Below the pieces are notes generated by a model. It saw only the letters and a program-made list of their open reading frames with translations. It had not been told where the DNA came from and did not search any database. A DNA stretch of 64,000 nt from positions 448,001-512,000 of the forward strand of contig JBFPLN010000003.1 of assembly GCA_051971635.1 (NCBI GenBank), written 5' to 3'. The translations under genes and the position numbers were made by a program. The DNA is from Candidatus Atelocyanobacterium thalassae. GTDB taxonomy: Bacteria; Cyanobacteriota; Cyanobacteriia; Cyanobacteriales; Microcystaceae. Within the stretch, counting starts at the first letter, position 1; each line of letters opens with the position of its first letter. Shown piece by piece: positions 21,876 to 32,914 of the stretch.

Positions 21876-21947
21876 TGGGTCGCCTGGGATTCGAACCCAA
21901 GACCATTCGGTTAAAAGCCGAGTGCTCTACCGCTGAGCTAGCGACCC
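21876..21947 (-). tRNA. trnK: tRNA-Lys(TTT)
   Basis: Reverse complement GGGTCGCTAGCTCAGCGGTAGAGCACTCGGCT-TTT-AACCGAATGGTCTTGGGTTCGAATCCCAGGCGACCCA. Confidence 0.96.
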
Positions 21948-21974
21948 TATCGCTTATGTTTCATACCATTAATA

Positions 21975-22003
21975 AAGATAACACAGTTTTTTATAAATAA
22001 CAA
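21975..22003 (-). promoter_or_regulatory. Putative promoter of tRNA-Lys
   Basis: Minus strand TTGTTA-N17-TATCTT with an extended -10 TG. Confidence 0.45.
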
Positions 22004-22455
22004 TAGTTATCTAAGAAAACTTTATTTTAAAAACTCTTTCAAACTTATATATCTTATGGTATGTAAGCTTAAAGCTCTATACTAGTCTAGTACACAGTTA
22101 TCTAGTTACAGAATTGGAAGATAATTAATATTTAGATAGTGTAATGGTATCTATTATAAAAAACGAAGGTCTGAATTTTTTTACTTAGAAGTTTTCTTCA
22201 AAATTTTATTAATATTGTCGGTAATCATAAAAAGCTACAACCATTTATAAACAATAGTATTTTCATTTTACGAAGACTATCAATTTTTTTTTGAACAATC
22301 ATTAACGTATATAAAGGTTAACTTTACTATCTTTGTATAGAAAAGAATTAAGAACAATTCTAAAATAGTAACTATTTTCCTATACGAAACTAACCATCTT
22401 TTGGTTTTTAAAAATTACTCCAATAATAGAAAACGTTTCTATGCATCAAATCAAT

Positions 22456-23166
22456 CTATAAATTAACTAAATAAAAAGATATAAAAGCGCTCCCTATCGG
22501 AACTGTTAAATTATCAATTCCAAAGTTAGAGAACATTTCAAGTATCGTAGCAACTATAGAGGTAATTAAAGACACTACTAAAATTTTTGAAACTGGTTCT
22601 CCTGTAAAACCAAGAATCATGCTACAAACAATAAAACTTATACCCATCATTGCAAAAGATCCTTCCCAACTTTTATTAGTATTGAATATTTGGTAAGTAT
22701 GCTTTCCGAATTTCCGACCAATAACAGCCGCCATTCCATCTCCCCAAGTCATTATTAGAATACCAATCACTGCATATTTAAACCTTTCTTCATACCAAAA
22801 AGAATAACTTAAAATACCAATACTAAAAGCATAAAATAATGTTCCATAACTTACCCTTTTTATATCATTGATACTTGGAAAAAGAGAAAAGAGATGTGAA
22901 GCTAGAACTACGATAGCAGCTATTATAGAACCTATGATTAGCACATACATAGGTAAATGTAATCTCCATGCAAATAGAATAATATTACCAGAAGCGATAT
23001 GAACAATTTTTCTAGTAATTTCTGTTTTTGTATTACAAAAATATTTTAAAGTTTCAGCTATTACGACAACAATAAATAAGTAGACAACAATTAAACAAAT
23101 GGAAAAACGAAAAGGATATAAGATACTAATTAAAAAAGAAAACTGGAAAGACAAAATTACGTTCAA
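22456..23166 (-). CDS. Phytol/polyprenol kinase (VTE5/Slr1652-like)
   Basis: EITRKIVHIASG, MTWGDGMAAVIG, KSWEGS and GIDNLTVP motifs; start codon uncertain. Confidence 0.88.
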   Translation of the reverse strand: MNVILSFQFSFLISILYPFRFSICLIVVYLFIVVVIAETLKYFCNTKTEITRKIVHIASGNIILFAWRLHLPMYVLIIGSIIAAIVVLASHLFSLFPSINDIKRVSYGTLFYAFSIGILSYSFWYEERFKYAVIGILIMTWGDGMAAVIGRKFGKHTYQIFNTNKSWEGSFAMMGISFIVCSMILGFTGEPVSKILVVSLITSIVATILEMFSNFGIDNLTVPIGSAFISFYLVNL

Positions 23167-23423
23167 TTAACTTTTGATTTTTTATATATTATAACTAATT
23201 AAAGTAAAATCTTATAAATTCAGTAAATTTTACTACTAATATACTTACAAGACAAAAATACTATTAGAGTATTTATTGGTCTATATGGAATTAGCTATTA
23301 GGAAGTAACTTCAAGCTAAAAAAAAGTCGGCTAATTGCATAGCTTATTACTATAGTGGTATCTTGTCGCTGAAGTAATAAAAAACTTATCTTACGGTTTT
23401 AAAACTGAATAATAATTGTTAGT

Positions 23424-24008
23424 TCAGTTGACAAAAATACAAGTATTATTAAGAGCTTGACATAAAAGTTTTTTATATTCACTATTATTTATTACATAAG
23501 AACCAAATCTTTCTAGATGATTATTTTGTAATTGGACATCAAACAATGTAAATTTCACAGATCTTAAATGCTCTACTAATTTAACCATAGCTACTTTGGA
23601 GCCATTAGGTATACGATAGAACATCGATTCTCCTATAAAAGCACTTCCAATTGTAATTCCTAAAATTCCTCCTGCCAGTTGATCTCCTTGCCATACTTCA
23701 AAACTATGGGCAAAACCATTTAAATGTAGTTGATAATAAATTTGAATTAGTTCAGGAGTTATCCAAGTAGTCTCTCTTTCCGCACAGCCTCGACAAACTT
23801 CTAAAAATTTTTTGTTAATTGAAATTGAAAATTGCTCTTGATTTAAAGTACGTTGTAAAGATTTAGGGTATCGAAAACGTTCATCTAAGGGAATTAAAGT
23901 TCTTTGATAACTCGAATACCAACTTAATACTTTAAACTCGTCACCCATTAGAAAATACCCTTGAGTGTAACCTTTTATAATGGGCTCTAAGTTATTAATA
24001 GACTTCAT
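23424..24008 (-). CDS. aat: Leucyl/phenylalanyl-tRNA--protein transferase
   Basis: GYxQGYFLM, TWIT, AHSFEVW, LAGGILG, FIGESMF and SKVAMVKLV motifs. Confidence 0.93.
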   Translation of the reverse strand: MKSINNLEPIIKGYTQGYFLMGDEFKVLSWYSSYQRTLIPLDERFRYPKSLQRTLNQEQFSISINKKFLEVCRGCAERETTWITPELIQIYYQLHLNGFAHSFEVWQGDQLAGGILGITIGSAFIGESMFYRIPNGSKVAMVKLVEHLRSVKFTLFDVQLQNNHLERFGSYVINNSEYKKLLCQALNNTCIFVN

Positions 24009-24230
24009 CGCATACTTTTATATCTAATCTACATCATATAATCAAAGGTTTCCTGTTGTTAAGAAATTCGCGAAATAATAATATTGTGTTAAAACATCTA
24101 GTAATGTTAATTCATAACAAATATATTATCGTTTAAAAAACAATTCTACTACTAATTATAATATAGACTTTTTCAATATTTTTTCACTAGTCAAATCTAA
24201 ATTTGACTAAAGCATATACTAAGAATTAAG

Positions 24231-24251
24231 AGGGTATATTTCTTATACCCT
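24231..24251 (-). terminator. Short hairpin downstream of rpsN
   Basis: agggtata-tttct-tataccct, 16 nt after the rpsN stop. Confidence 0.5.
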
Positions 24252-24267
24252 TATTTTTATTTAAGGA

Positions 24268-24570
24268 TTACCAACTAGATTTAACCACTCCAGGCAATAA
24301 TCCTTCATGAGCCCATTCTCTTAATACGTTACGTGATAAACCAAAGTCTCTATAATATCCTCTTGGGCGACCAGTAAGCCAACAGCGATTTCGATGACGC
24401 GTGGGAGCACTATTGCGAGGAAGACGTTGAATTTGTCTGTGAATTTCAATTTTCTCTTCATAATTTTCTGCATTATGAAAAGCTTCTTTTAAAGATGCTC
24501 TCTTCTCAGCATATTTTTCGATGAGACGCTCTCTTTTCTTTTCTCGTTCAATCATACTTTTTTTAGCCAT
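24268..24570 (-). CDS. rpsN: 30S ribosomal protein S14
   Basis: [10 protein letters not shown]...[31 protein letters not shown]...GVVKSSW. Confidence 0.99.
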   Translation of the reverse strand: MAKKSMIEREKKRERLIEKYAEKRASLKEAFHNAENYEEKIEIHRQIQRLPRNSAPTRHRNRCWLTGRPRGYYRDFGLSRNVLREWAHEGLLPGVVKSSW

Positions 24571-24704
24571 AAAACTTTTAATGTAATTTTTCCATTTTAA
24601 AATGTACCGTTTCTAATATATCAAAAAATTACCAATAGAAAAGCTTATTCTTCTTCTTTTGCTAAAAACTTTTCAAATTTTTACTTGTTTTAATATAATT
24701 TTTA

Positions 24705-26012
24705 CTAAGTACTCACAATATATGAAGGAATAACGACTCTTGATATAGGAACAATATGTTCTCGTAGAACTGAAAGAGCTTTAAGGTATTGAGGATCTAC
24801 CTTGGTTCCAAGTAAGGTAGAATCATTCTTTAGACGAATCTGTTGTTCCATCGTTAAGTCTAAATAGATATCTGGAGTAATTCCTTTGTAGTTAATATCT
24901 ACGCCGCTAGGAGGGTAATATCGAGCAATAGTAACTGCTAATCCTGAGCCATCAGATAATGAATGAACCGATTGTACAGTTCCTTTCCCATAGGTTGTAG
25001 TACCAATTACTGTAGCACGATTATTTTCTTTTAAAGCACCAGCTAAGATTTCGCTAGCACTTGCAGACCATTTATTAACTAAGATAACTAAAGGCAAATT
25101 CGTCAAAGAAGTCCCGTTTGCTGAAAAGTTTTGATTTCCTCCTTTGCGATCTATTGTACTAACAATTTTTCCTTCTTCAAGCCAAAGACGAGCAATATTA
25201 ACACTTGCAAAGAGAAGACCACCAGGATTTCCGCGTAAATCTAGAATGAATCCAGAAACTTGTTGTTTTGTAAGCTCATGAATTGCTTGCTTCATTTGCT
25301 CAGTTGCATGAGAACTGAATTCATCAAGTTTAATATATCCTATACTATGATGTTTTTCTTCTTGAAGGTGATAACTTACAGAAGCGATTTGTATTTGAGC
25401 ACGCTTAAGAGTAACTTGAAAAATTCCTTTATCACGACGTGATAATTGTAAGTTGACCTCAGTTCCTAATTTTCCAAAAATTGCTTCTTGAGCTTGATCA
25501 AGAGTCATTAATGCAGTTGGCTGGCCATTGATACGAATCAAACGATCACCACGTTTAAGGCCTGCTTGCATAGCAGGGGAGCTTTTCATGGCTTCTACTA
25601 CATATAGTTCACTGGTTCTTCTATCAATGGCTAACCTAATGCCAATTCCTGAAAGTTCTCCTGATGTTTGACTAGTCAAAACAGAAAACTCTTGAGGAGG
25701 TAAAAATCTAGTATACGGATCTCCTAATTTTTTTAAAGTTTCACTAATGGATTTATATGCTTGCTTAGAGTTTTTGTATTTTTGAGTCAACAATTCTTGC
25801 CGTTTTTTTTGCCAGTTAATTCGATTAAATTCTAAATCTACAAATTCATTATTTACGATTTGCCAAATTTCGTCTATTACAGATTTAGGATTGTCCTCAG
25901 GAATATTAAAGCTCAAACCAGGAGAAATAATTGTCAATGTAGATAATATTGTTATGGTCCCACTCCATAACAATGATTTATAAACATGTAATGATTTTAT
26001 TAAATATTTCAT
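24705..26012 (-). CDS. ctpB: C-terminal processing protease (S41A), CtpB-like
   Basis: DPYTRFL, PDZ domain, DLRGNPGG, SASASEI and GKGTVQ motifs; the paralog assignment is from recalled similarity. Confidence 0.85.
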   Translation of the reverse strand: MKYLIKSLHVYKSLLWSGTITILSTLTIISPGLSFNIPEDNPKSVIDEIWQIVNNEFVDLEFNRINWQKKRQELLTQKYKNSKQAYKSISETLKKLGDPYTRFLPPQEFSVLTSQTSGELSGIGIRLAIDRRTSELYVVEAMKSSPAMQAGLKRGDRLIRINGQPTALMTLDQAQEAIFGKLGTEVNLQLSRRDKGIFQVTLKRAQIQIASVSYHLQEEKHHSIGYIKLDEFSSHATEQMKQAIHELTKQQVSGFILDLRGNPGGLLFASVNIARLWLEEGKIVSTIDRKGGNQNFSANGTSLTNLPLVILVNKWSASASEILAGALKENNRATVIGTTTYGKGTVQSVHSLSDGSGLAVTIARYYPPSGVDINYKGITPDIYLDLTMEQQIRLKNDSTLLGTKVDPQYLKALSVLREHIVPISRVVIPSYIVST

Positions 26013-26228
26013 TTTATCGAAATTACTTACATAATATGAATTTGGTATTGAATAAAAATCAGATAAAATACTTATACTAACTATTAAATATGATATAGAT
26101 AATATCTAATTAATGATAATTTTGCAGTACATTTTTTATTATGCTATTTTCTATCTTTAGTAATTGAGTAAGCCCTTCTATATAAAGTATCCAAGAGTTT
26201 ATTACTATTTGCTAGTTGATTTTTTGTA

Positions 26229-26302
26229 TCGGGATGACAGGATTCGAACCTGTGACATCCTGCTCCCAAAGCAGGCGCGCTACCAAGCTGCGCTACATCC
26301 CG
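26229..26302 (-). tRNA. trnP: tRNA-Pro(TGG)
   Basis: Reverse complement CGGGATGTAGCGCAGCTTGGTAGCGCGCCTGCTT-TGG-GAGCAGGATGTCACAGGTTCGAATCCTGTCATCCCGA. Confidence 0.96.
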
Positions 26303-26335
26303 TAATGTCGATATATACATTATAACTAATTTTTT

Positions 26336-26860
26336 CTAATTAGGGTACCAAAACATTCCTTTTATTCCTTCTGGTTCAATTACAAACCCTAAACGACAGT
26401 AAAACTCTATCACTTGGGGATCAGCAAAAAGTGTAATATTACTAATATTTTCATTTTTTAAATGTCTGATCATATAATTTATCATCCCTTTCCCTAATCC
26501 CTTACTTTGAAATCTGGGATGAATAACTACATCCCAAATAGTTGCATTAAAAGCATGATCAGAAGTTGCACGAGCAAACCCAATTAGACGTCTTTGGTTG
26601 TTTTTTACCTCCCATGCAGAAACTATTATAAAGCTATTTTTCAGTGCTTTTTTGACTTTCTGGAAAGGACGGCGACTCCAGCCAACAGAATTGCATAATT
26701 CTTCTAAGTCATATAAATCAATTTCTCGTTCTTTCGTAAAGAAAATACGAGGCTGGATTGTACTTTTCTTTTTTAAGTTTATTTTTTCTCTTGATAATGA
26801 AGTAGATTTAACCTTAATATTTGAGCTAATATCATTAAGTAATTGTTTCCAAAAAAACAT
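26336..26860 (-). CDS. ycf52: GNAT acetyltransferase, Ycf52/NSI-like
   Basis: LEELCxx[28 protein letters not shown], QxxGLGK and GIKGMFWYP motifs. Confidence 0.9.
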   Translation of the reverse strand: MFFWKQLLNDISSNIKVKSTSLSREKINLKKKSTIQPRIFFTKEREIDLYDLEELCNSVGWSRRPFQKVKKALKNSFIIVSAWEVKNNQRRLIGFARATSDHAFNATIWDVVIHPRFQSKGLGKGMINYMIRHLKNENISNITLFADPQVIEFYCRLGFVIEPEGIKGMFWYPN

Positions 26861-27446
26861 TAGATGAAGATAAAATTTTGTTTTAAATAAATTTTTAAGA
26901 AAAATTAATTATTGAATAATTTTTAGATTATTACATTAAAGATTATTTAATAACTTAATTCATGATCTCTTTATATCATAAGATTGATTGTAATAAAAGA
27001 ACAAATATTTTTTTAAAAACTAATAATAAAGACTATACAAATAGTAGTAATGTCAAGATTTAGATATAGTCTTTTCTAAAAATAGTTAGTTAATAGTTGA
27101 GGAAAAGTAGCAGTTAAATATATCTATACCAGACTTTAATTTAAATAATTTATTTTTCTAATGAAAATACAAAATTGTCTTAATTAATAGATATTATAGT
27201 TTTAGTAATTAGTTAATGATAAGTTTTCTATAATACTGGAAATATAAAATATTTAATATATTGATGATTGAGTCTGAATGGTGAAACATTTTAGCAATTC
27301 ATTCTTCCTCCCCAAAAAATCAAAATTAATTATTTTTTAAGGGTTTTTAGTCATGTAAGTCTTTAGTGTAAAGTAAATTAATAGTTTACAAAAATATGAT
27401 ATTGTGATTAGGAATAAGTATAATTGCTATATTCTTAGAAACTAAT

Positions 27447-27767
27447 ATGAGACACTTCAAAGATGAATGGATTCAAGAGTGGTGCGAGCAAAATGGTTGG
27501 ACTGATTTAACAAGAGAAAGCCGTATCAGTTATTGGGCTTTCCCTCCTGGTGCAGTAATGCCAGAACCTATTTCTTTTGATGTATTGCGATCTATCAAGG
27601 ATAATAATGGTTCTTCTGCTGAAGAAAAATTTTGGTTATCTTCCGCTATTATAGTTTCAGTAACATCTGTCCTCTTAAGTTATTTGCTTAAGAATCCTGT
27701 ACCAGTACTTTTAGCATTTGCTTTTGATGCTTTTATATCTGCTAAATTAGAATTTGAAGAAATTTAA
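27447..27767 (+). CDS. Conserved cyanobacterial hypothetical membrane protein
   Basis: EWIQEWCxxNGWTDL and YWAFPPGAVMPEPI motifs; two C-terminal TM segments. Confidence 0.75.
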   Translation: MRHFKDEWIQEWCEQNGWTDLTRESRISYWAFPPGAVMPEPISFDVLRSIKDNNGSSAEEKFWLSSAIIVSVTSVLLSYLLKNPVPVLLAFAFDAFISAKLEFEEI

Positions 27768-27912
27768 TCAATTAAAACTTAATCAAATAAATCCTTAAAC
27801 ATATTATTTAGTTACATCTAATTTTATTTTTGATAATCTTCAATGAAAAATGTTTATATGACAATTTAATTATTTGATATAGATTATCACAAGTTTCTAT
27901 TTATACTTCTAA

Positions 27913-27946
27913 TAAAAACAGACAGATAAAAATCTGTCTGTTTTTA
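27913..27946. terminator. Perfect 15-bp inverted repeat downstream of petA (convergent junction)
   Basis: taaaaacagacagat-aaaa-atctgtctgttttta. Confidence 0.8.
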
Positions 27947-27975
27947 AAAACTAATTAATTTGTTTTTAAACAATC

Positions 27976-28962
27976 TTAAAAGTTCATATCAGCTGCTTGA
28001 ACTCGTTCTACCTGTTTCTTCTTAACAACTAAGAGAATTTGTACTAGCATTATTCCAGCTAAAAAGAGCATTAAACCTTTAATACGATCTGGATTTTGTA
28101 AAACAACTTCCGTATCTTTTTGTCCAAAGCCGCCTACATTTGGATTGTTAGTTAAAGGCTGTCCAGCTGCAACTTCATTGCCCTCAGAAACAATTAATTG
28201 AGGTCCTGCAGGTATGGTTTCCTCAACGTTGCCTTCAGAAGTAGCAATAGTTACATTATATCCACCATCTTCTTGATCGATAATCTGAGTTATGTTTCCT
28301 GCTTGTGAAGCTTTGAAAACATTATTGTTACTTAACTCTCCTGTTGGATATACTTGTCCACGACCGCGGTTAGCACCTAGGTGAACTTGGTATTTACCGT
28401 AGTGGATATCTTTATCAGTATCAGGATTAGGCGATAATACTGGGAAAATAATTTCCTGATATTGTTCTCCTGGAAGAGGACCTACAAGAACAACATTTTC
28501 TTGATCTTCACGATAGGTTTGAAAGAAAACACTGCCCATTTCTTCCTTAAGTTCCTCAGAAATTCTTTCAGGAGGAGCCATTTTAAAACCTTCTGGTAAC
28601 ATCAAAACAGCTCCTACATTTAGTCCTCCTTTAGAGCCATCCCCAAGTATCTGCTGTGAATCTAGATCATAAGGAATTTTAACAACAGCTTTAAAAACTG
28701 TATCAGGCAAAACGGAATGTGGAATTTCTACTTCAGCAGGTTTTTCTCCTAGGTGACAGTTAGCACAGACAATTCTACCTGTAGCTTCTCTAGGAGTTTC
28801 TGGAGCAGTTTCTTGGGCCCAAAAGGGGTAGGCAGTTGCAGTTTGAGTAAAAACAAAACAATTACAAATTAGCAAAACAATTGTCGTCACTCCTAATAAA
28901 AATGACTTTAGTAAAGTTTGCTTAACTGTAGACCAAATTGCCGAAAAATCGGATATTCTCAT
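27976..28962 (-). CDS. petA: Apocytochrome f
   Basis: Signal peptide, then YPFWAQ...[13 protein letters not shown] heme motif; C-terminal TM and KKKQVE. Confidence 0.99.
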   Translation of the reverse strand: MRISDFSAIWSTVKQTLLKSFLLGVTTIVLLICNCFVFTQTATAYPFWAQETAPETPREATGRIVCANCHLGEKPAEVEIPHSVLPDTVFKAVVKIPYDLDSQQILGDGSKGGLNVGAVLMLPEGFKMAPPERISEELKEEMGSVFFQTYREDQENVVLVGPLPGEQYQEIIFPVLSPNPDTDKDIHYGKYQVHLGANRGRGQVYPTGELSNNNVFKASQAGNITQIIDQEDGGYNVTIATSEGNVEETIPAGPQLIVSEGNEVAAGQPLTNNPNVGGFGQKDTEVVLQNPDRIKGLMLFLAGIMLVQILLVVKKKQVERVQAADMNF

Positions 28963-29011
28963 TGCTCAGTCAAATTATATAATTCTTAAACAGTAAAATG
29001 GAAACTTAAAT

Positions 29012-29554
29012 TTAAGCCCACCATGGAGATTTGTCAGTACGAAAATCAGTTTCTGTCCATTCAGTGAACATAACTTTATCATCTTCGTTAACATTAACGT
29101 GAGCTAACGCTAAAGAAAGGGGAGCAGGACCACGAACTACTTTACCTTGGGCATTGTACTGGGAACCATGGCAAGGACAAATAAATTTATCTTCACCAGC
29201 ATTCCAGGGAACAACACAACCTAAATGGGTACAAACGGCATTAATACCATAGCTTGTAATCGTACTATCTCCTGCAATAACAAGATATGTAGGATCACCT
29301 TTTAAACCTTGGCTTAAAACATGATCACCTGTTTTATGGCTAGAAATAAATTCAGTAGCAACGATATCATTCCCTAAAGCATCTTTAGCGACAATACCGT
29401 CGCCAGTTCCTCCGCTAGAAGGAGGAATAAAATATTTAACTACAGGATATAGCGCGCCAGCAGCTACTCCTGTAATCGTTCCAAAAGTGAGTAAGTTCAT
29501 GAATTGGCGACGTCCCATATCGGGGACGTCTGATGAACCAGATACTTGTGACAT
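29012..29554 (-). CDS. petC: Cytochrome b6f Rieske Fe-S subunit
   Basis: Tat-like GRRQFMN; CTHLGC and CPCHGS Rieske boxes. Confidence 0.99.
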   Translation of the reverse strand: MSQVSGSSDVPDMGRRQFMNLLTFGTITGVAAGALYPVVKYFIPPSSGGTGDGIVAKDALGNDIVATEFISSHKTGDHVLSQGLKGDPTYLVIAGDSTITSYGINAVCTHLGCVVPWNAGEDKFICPCHGSQYNAQGKVVRGPAPLSLALAHVNVNEDDKVMFTEWTETDFRTDKSPWWA

Positions 29555-30391
29555 AACAGTTTATGGATGATCTAAGTTAATTTGCAGATTGAGAAATTAA
29601 TCTCAGTAACACTTTAGGTAGTACGCTATAAGAAAATATGATGGTAACCATACATTTTAGGAAAGATGAGGTTACCAAAATCTTCACATAAGTAAATTGA
29701 AGATCTTTAGTAATTTACTAGCCCACATTAAATTATTGCAGAAATTGTTGACAATGTATAAGGTACTTTTAAGGAAACCAAATATTTGTATAAAGATTTT
29801 CAATCTTAACTTATCCTTTTAAAACATTTTGTCGAGGATTATGCTCTCATATTGAAATAATTTGATACTGAATAATTAAGGATTAGTATAATTGTTAATA
29901 TTAAGTAAAAAATCAACTAATGCCATATAAAATAGAGTTAATAACTTTATTTTATAAATTATTTTTTTGAAATAAAAAGTTTATAAACTAGTATTCAGTA
30001 AAAAATTAATTAGTAATTGAATACAATTTTTATAAAAATTATTCAGTAGATATAAACTACTTCTATAAAGTTAAGAAATAAAATATTCTGGATATTATTT
30101 AAGTACTCAAGAATACACTTTGCCGTACTAGATTAATGTTTCTTAGACTCTGATTTTTAAATGTTAAACATTACAGCCGACTATAGGATACTTTGAATAA
30201 AAATAGGAATTTGTTTAAAGTATTAGACATCTGTTTCTATTAAGTAAAAAAGATAAGAATTATTTTTAAGATACTCTTTGCAAAAGGAACTTAAAGTTTG
30301 AAAAAATAACTCAATTTTTGAGCAGAACATCAACTGTAATTTATTATTTAAAGATAATAAATTAAACACTAAATTAATAAAATCTAGATTT

Positions 30392-31870
30392 ATGAAATCT
30401 TCACTTGTTATTTTATATCATCGTGAACCTCATGATGAGGTGATTGAAAATGGTATTACACGCTATGTTCCGCAGAAAAGTCCTAATGGTATTATTCCAA
30501 CTTTGAAAAGTTTTTTTGCTAACAATTTTCAAGGAACTTGGATAGCTTGGAAACAAGTTACAGAGGAACAAAAAAATAATTTTAGTGAAAAAGTAAGTGT
30601 AGAAAATGATGGAAATTATCATGTTCTCCGAATACCTTTGAGCCCCGAGCAAGTAAAGAGCTTTTACTACATAACTTCAAAAGAAGCCTTTTGGCCAATT
30701 CTTCATTCTTTTCCATATCACTTCACTAGCGAATCATCAGATTGGAACAATTTTGTGGAGATTAATTGCCTTTTTGCTGAAGCTGCTTGCAAATATGCAG
30801 AGGATAATGCCTTAATTTGGATACACGACTATAATCTTTGGCTAGCTCCTTATTTTATAAGGCAAAAAAAGCCAAATATTCGCATTGCTTTCTTTCATCA
30901 TACACCTTTTCCCCCTGTTGATATTTTCAATATTCTCCCATGGAGAGAGGCAATTATAGATAGTTTACTTAGTTGTGATTTAGTAGGTTTCCATATTCCT
31001 CGCTATTCCGAAAACTTTATTAATACTATTCAAAGTTTACGCTCCATTGATATTCTAGAAAAGCGAAGAGTTCCAACACATTTAACTTCTATAGGAACTG
31101 CTTTAGCACAGCCAGAATTTACCACTAAAATAAAGTACGATAATCAAATTATTAAAATTGATGCATTCCCTGTAGGAACTAATCCAAAAGATGTTTTGCA
31201 AGTTTTACATTCTGAATATGCAAGAAAAAGATTTGAAAAAATAAAGAAAAGCTTTCATGGCTGCAAAACAATTATTGCAGCTGGACGAGTTGATTATGTA
31301 AAAGGAAATGCTCAAAAATTAGAAGCTTTTAATCGTTTATTAAAACGTCGTCCTGAACTACATGGGAAAATTAACTTTGTTCTTACTTGTGTACAAGCAG
31401 CTACTGAAATAAGGATATATAAAGAAACACAACACCAAATCGAACAACTAGTTGGTGCAATTAATGGTCGTTACTCCAGTTTAAATTGGACACCAGTTAC
31501 ATTATTTACAAAACCTATTTCTCTACTAGACTTATTTTGTTATTATAAAGCTGCTGATATTTGCTGGACAACACCTTTAAGAGATGGATTAAATCTTGTT
31601 GCTAAAGAATACATTATTGCTCATGAAGGAGTAAATGGAGTACTCATTCTATCAGAATTTGTTGGAGCAGCTATTGAATTACCTCAAGCAATTTTAGTAA
31701 ACCCTTATTCAACTGAATTAATGGATAGAGCCATTGATAAAGCTTTAGATATGTCTGAAGATGAGCAGAAAGAAAAAATGATTGAAATGTATAAAATTGT
31801 CAGTACTTATGACATCAAATATTGGGCAAACCGTTTTCTCCATCATTTCAGCAATAATTTAACACCATAG
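30392..31870 (+). CDS. ggpS: Glucosylglycerol-phosphate synthase (GT20)
   Basis: SSLVILYHREP, KSPNGIIPTL, WIHDYNLW, RVDYVKG and RDGLNLVAKEY motifs; the N-terminus is GgpS-type rather than OtsA-type. Confidence 0.9.
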   Translation: MKSSLVILYHREPHDEVIENGITRYVPQKSPNGIIPTLKSFFANNFQGTWIAWKQVTEEQKNNFSEKVSVENDGNYHVLRIPLSPEQVKSFYYITSKEAFWPILHSFPYHFTSESSDWNNFVEINCLFAEAACKYAEDNALIWIHDYNLWLAPYFIRQKKPNIRIAFFHHTPFPPVDIFNILPWREAIIDSLLSCDLVGFHIPRYSENFINTIQSLRSIDILEKRRVPTHLTSIGTALAQPEFTTKIKYDNQIIKIDAFPVGTNPKDVLQVLHSEYARKRFEKIKKSFHGCKTIIAAGRVDYVKGNAQKLEAFNRLLKRRPELHGKINFVLTCVQAATEIRIYKETQHQIEQLVGAINGRYSSLNWTPVTLFTKPISLLDLFCYYKAADICWTTPLRDGLNLVAKEYIIAHEGVNGVLILSEFVGAAIELPQAILVNPYSTELMDRAIDKALDMSEDEQKEKMIEMYKIVSTYDIKYWANRFLHHFSNNLTP

Positions 31871-31985
31871 CAATACATTATTTTTGTTAAATTAATAGAA
31901 ATTCAAAGCTTATATAAAAACGTACATAATTCGATTTTTTTTTAAGAGGAAATATATACTGTAATTAGTATTTAATTTAGTTTTT

Positions 31986-32150
31986 ATGTCTATAGTAAAA
32001 CCTATCGCTAATAAATCTTGTAATACAAGTTCACAAAAGCAACAAAATAAGGTTAATTCAGACCAAAATATTCTCTGCCCACATTGTAAAAGGACTAGTG
32101 ATAATAATATTAAATGTAAAGGGATTTGTGTTTCAGATAATGATTATTAA
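31986..32150 (+). CDS. Small Cys-rich protein (54 aa), putative metal-binding
   Basis: Not in the ORF track. MSIVKPIANKSCNTSSQKQQNKVNSDQNILCPHCKRTSDNNIKCKGICVSDNDY*. Confidence 0.75.
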   Translation: MSIVKPIANKSCNTSSQKQQNKVNSDQNILCPHCKRTSDNNIKCKGICVSDNDY

Positions 32151-32293
32151 TGTTCTTTAAGAATAGCTTAACTACAATCTTCCGCATTGAAGAATACATC
32201 GTATGATATTCATGATTAATAATAGTCGACTAAATAAGTCTATGAGTATATTTTTGTTAGCCATAATAGATAAGACTAAGTATTTTTAACAAG

Positions 32294-32602
32294 TTAAGAT
32301 AAAAATTTATTTTTTATAAATTTAAAATAAAAAAAATATATCGAACCTAACAATAAACATATAGTCATCAAGGATATAATTAACTTTATAATACTGTTTA
32401 TAATTGATAAGCTAATTACTAATCCTAAAAATATTACAATTATCTTAGACGAATTTTTAAGTTTAGCGTAGGATATTAATATTTTCCCTAAAAAGCTTTT
32501 TTCGTTTTCATTTGTATTCAAAAAAGGTACTTTAATTGTTTCATTGTTTGATGTTGGCTTGGAGTTTTTGTATATTTTTTCTTTGTTATAGTGATTCGCC
32601 AT
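32294..32602 (-). CDS. Hypothetical small membrane protein
   Basis: 102-aa ORF with two C-terminal hydrophobic helices; strongly I/K/N/F biased. Confidence 0.55.
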   Translation of the reverse strand: MANHYNKEKIYKNSKPTSNNETIKVPFLNTNENEKSFLGKILISYAKLKNSSKIIVIFLGLVISLSIINSIIKLIISLMTICLLLGSIYFFYFKFIKNKFLS

Positions 32603-32914
32603 AAAATAATTATTCTAAACTTATAAGCATGTTTATGGGATATTCTAACATATTTAAAAGTTCTGAATATGTACAAAAAAGTATATATTAAACATTATAT
32701 GTATTTTTTATACTAATAGTTAAAACAAGATTTTTTTATAGTTTTTATATGAATAGGATAATCTAATAATTTATTTTTTTAAAAAAGATAAATTATTAAC
32801 CACAGTATAATAGGAATAGACCAAATACAATAATATAACTTTTCGTTATTAAATCTTTCACAATAAAAGTAATCTATAAAAGTAAATTATTTTTATTATC
32901 TTTACTAATTATAA

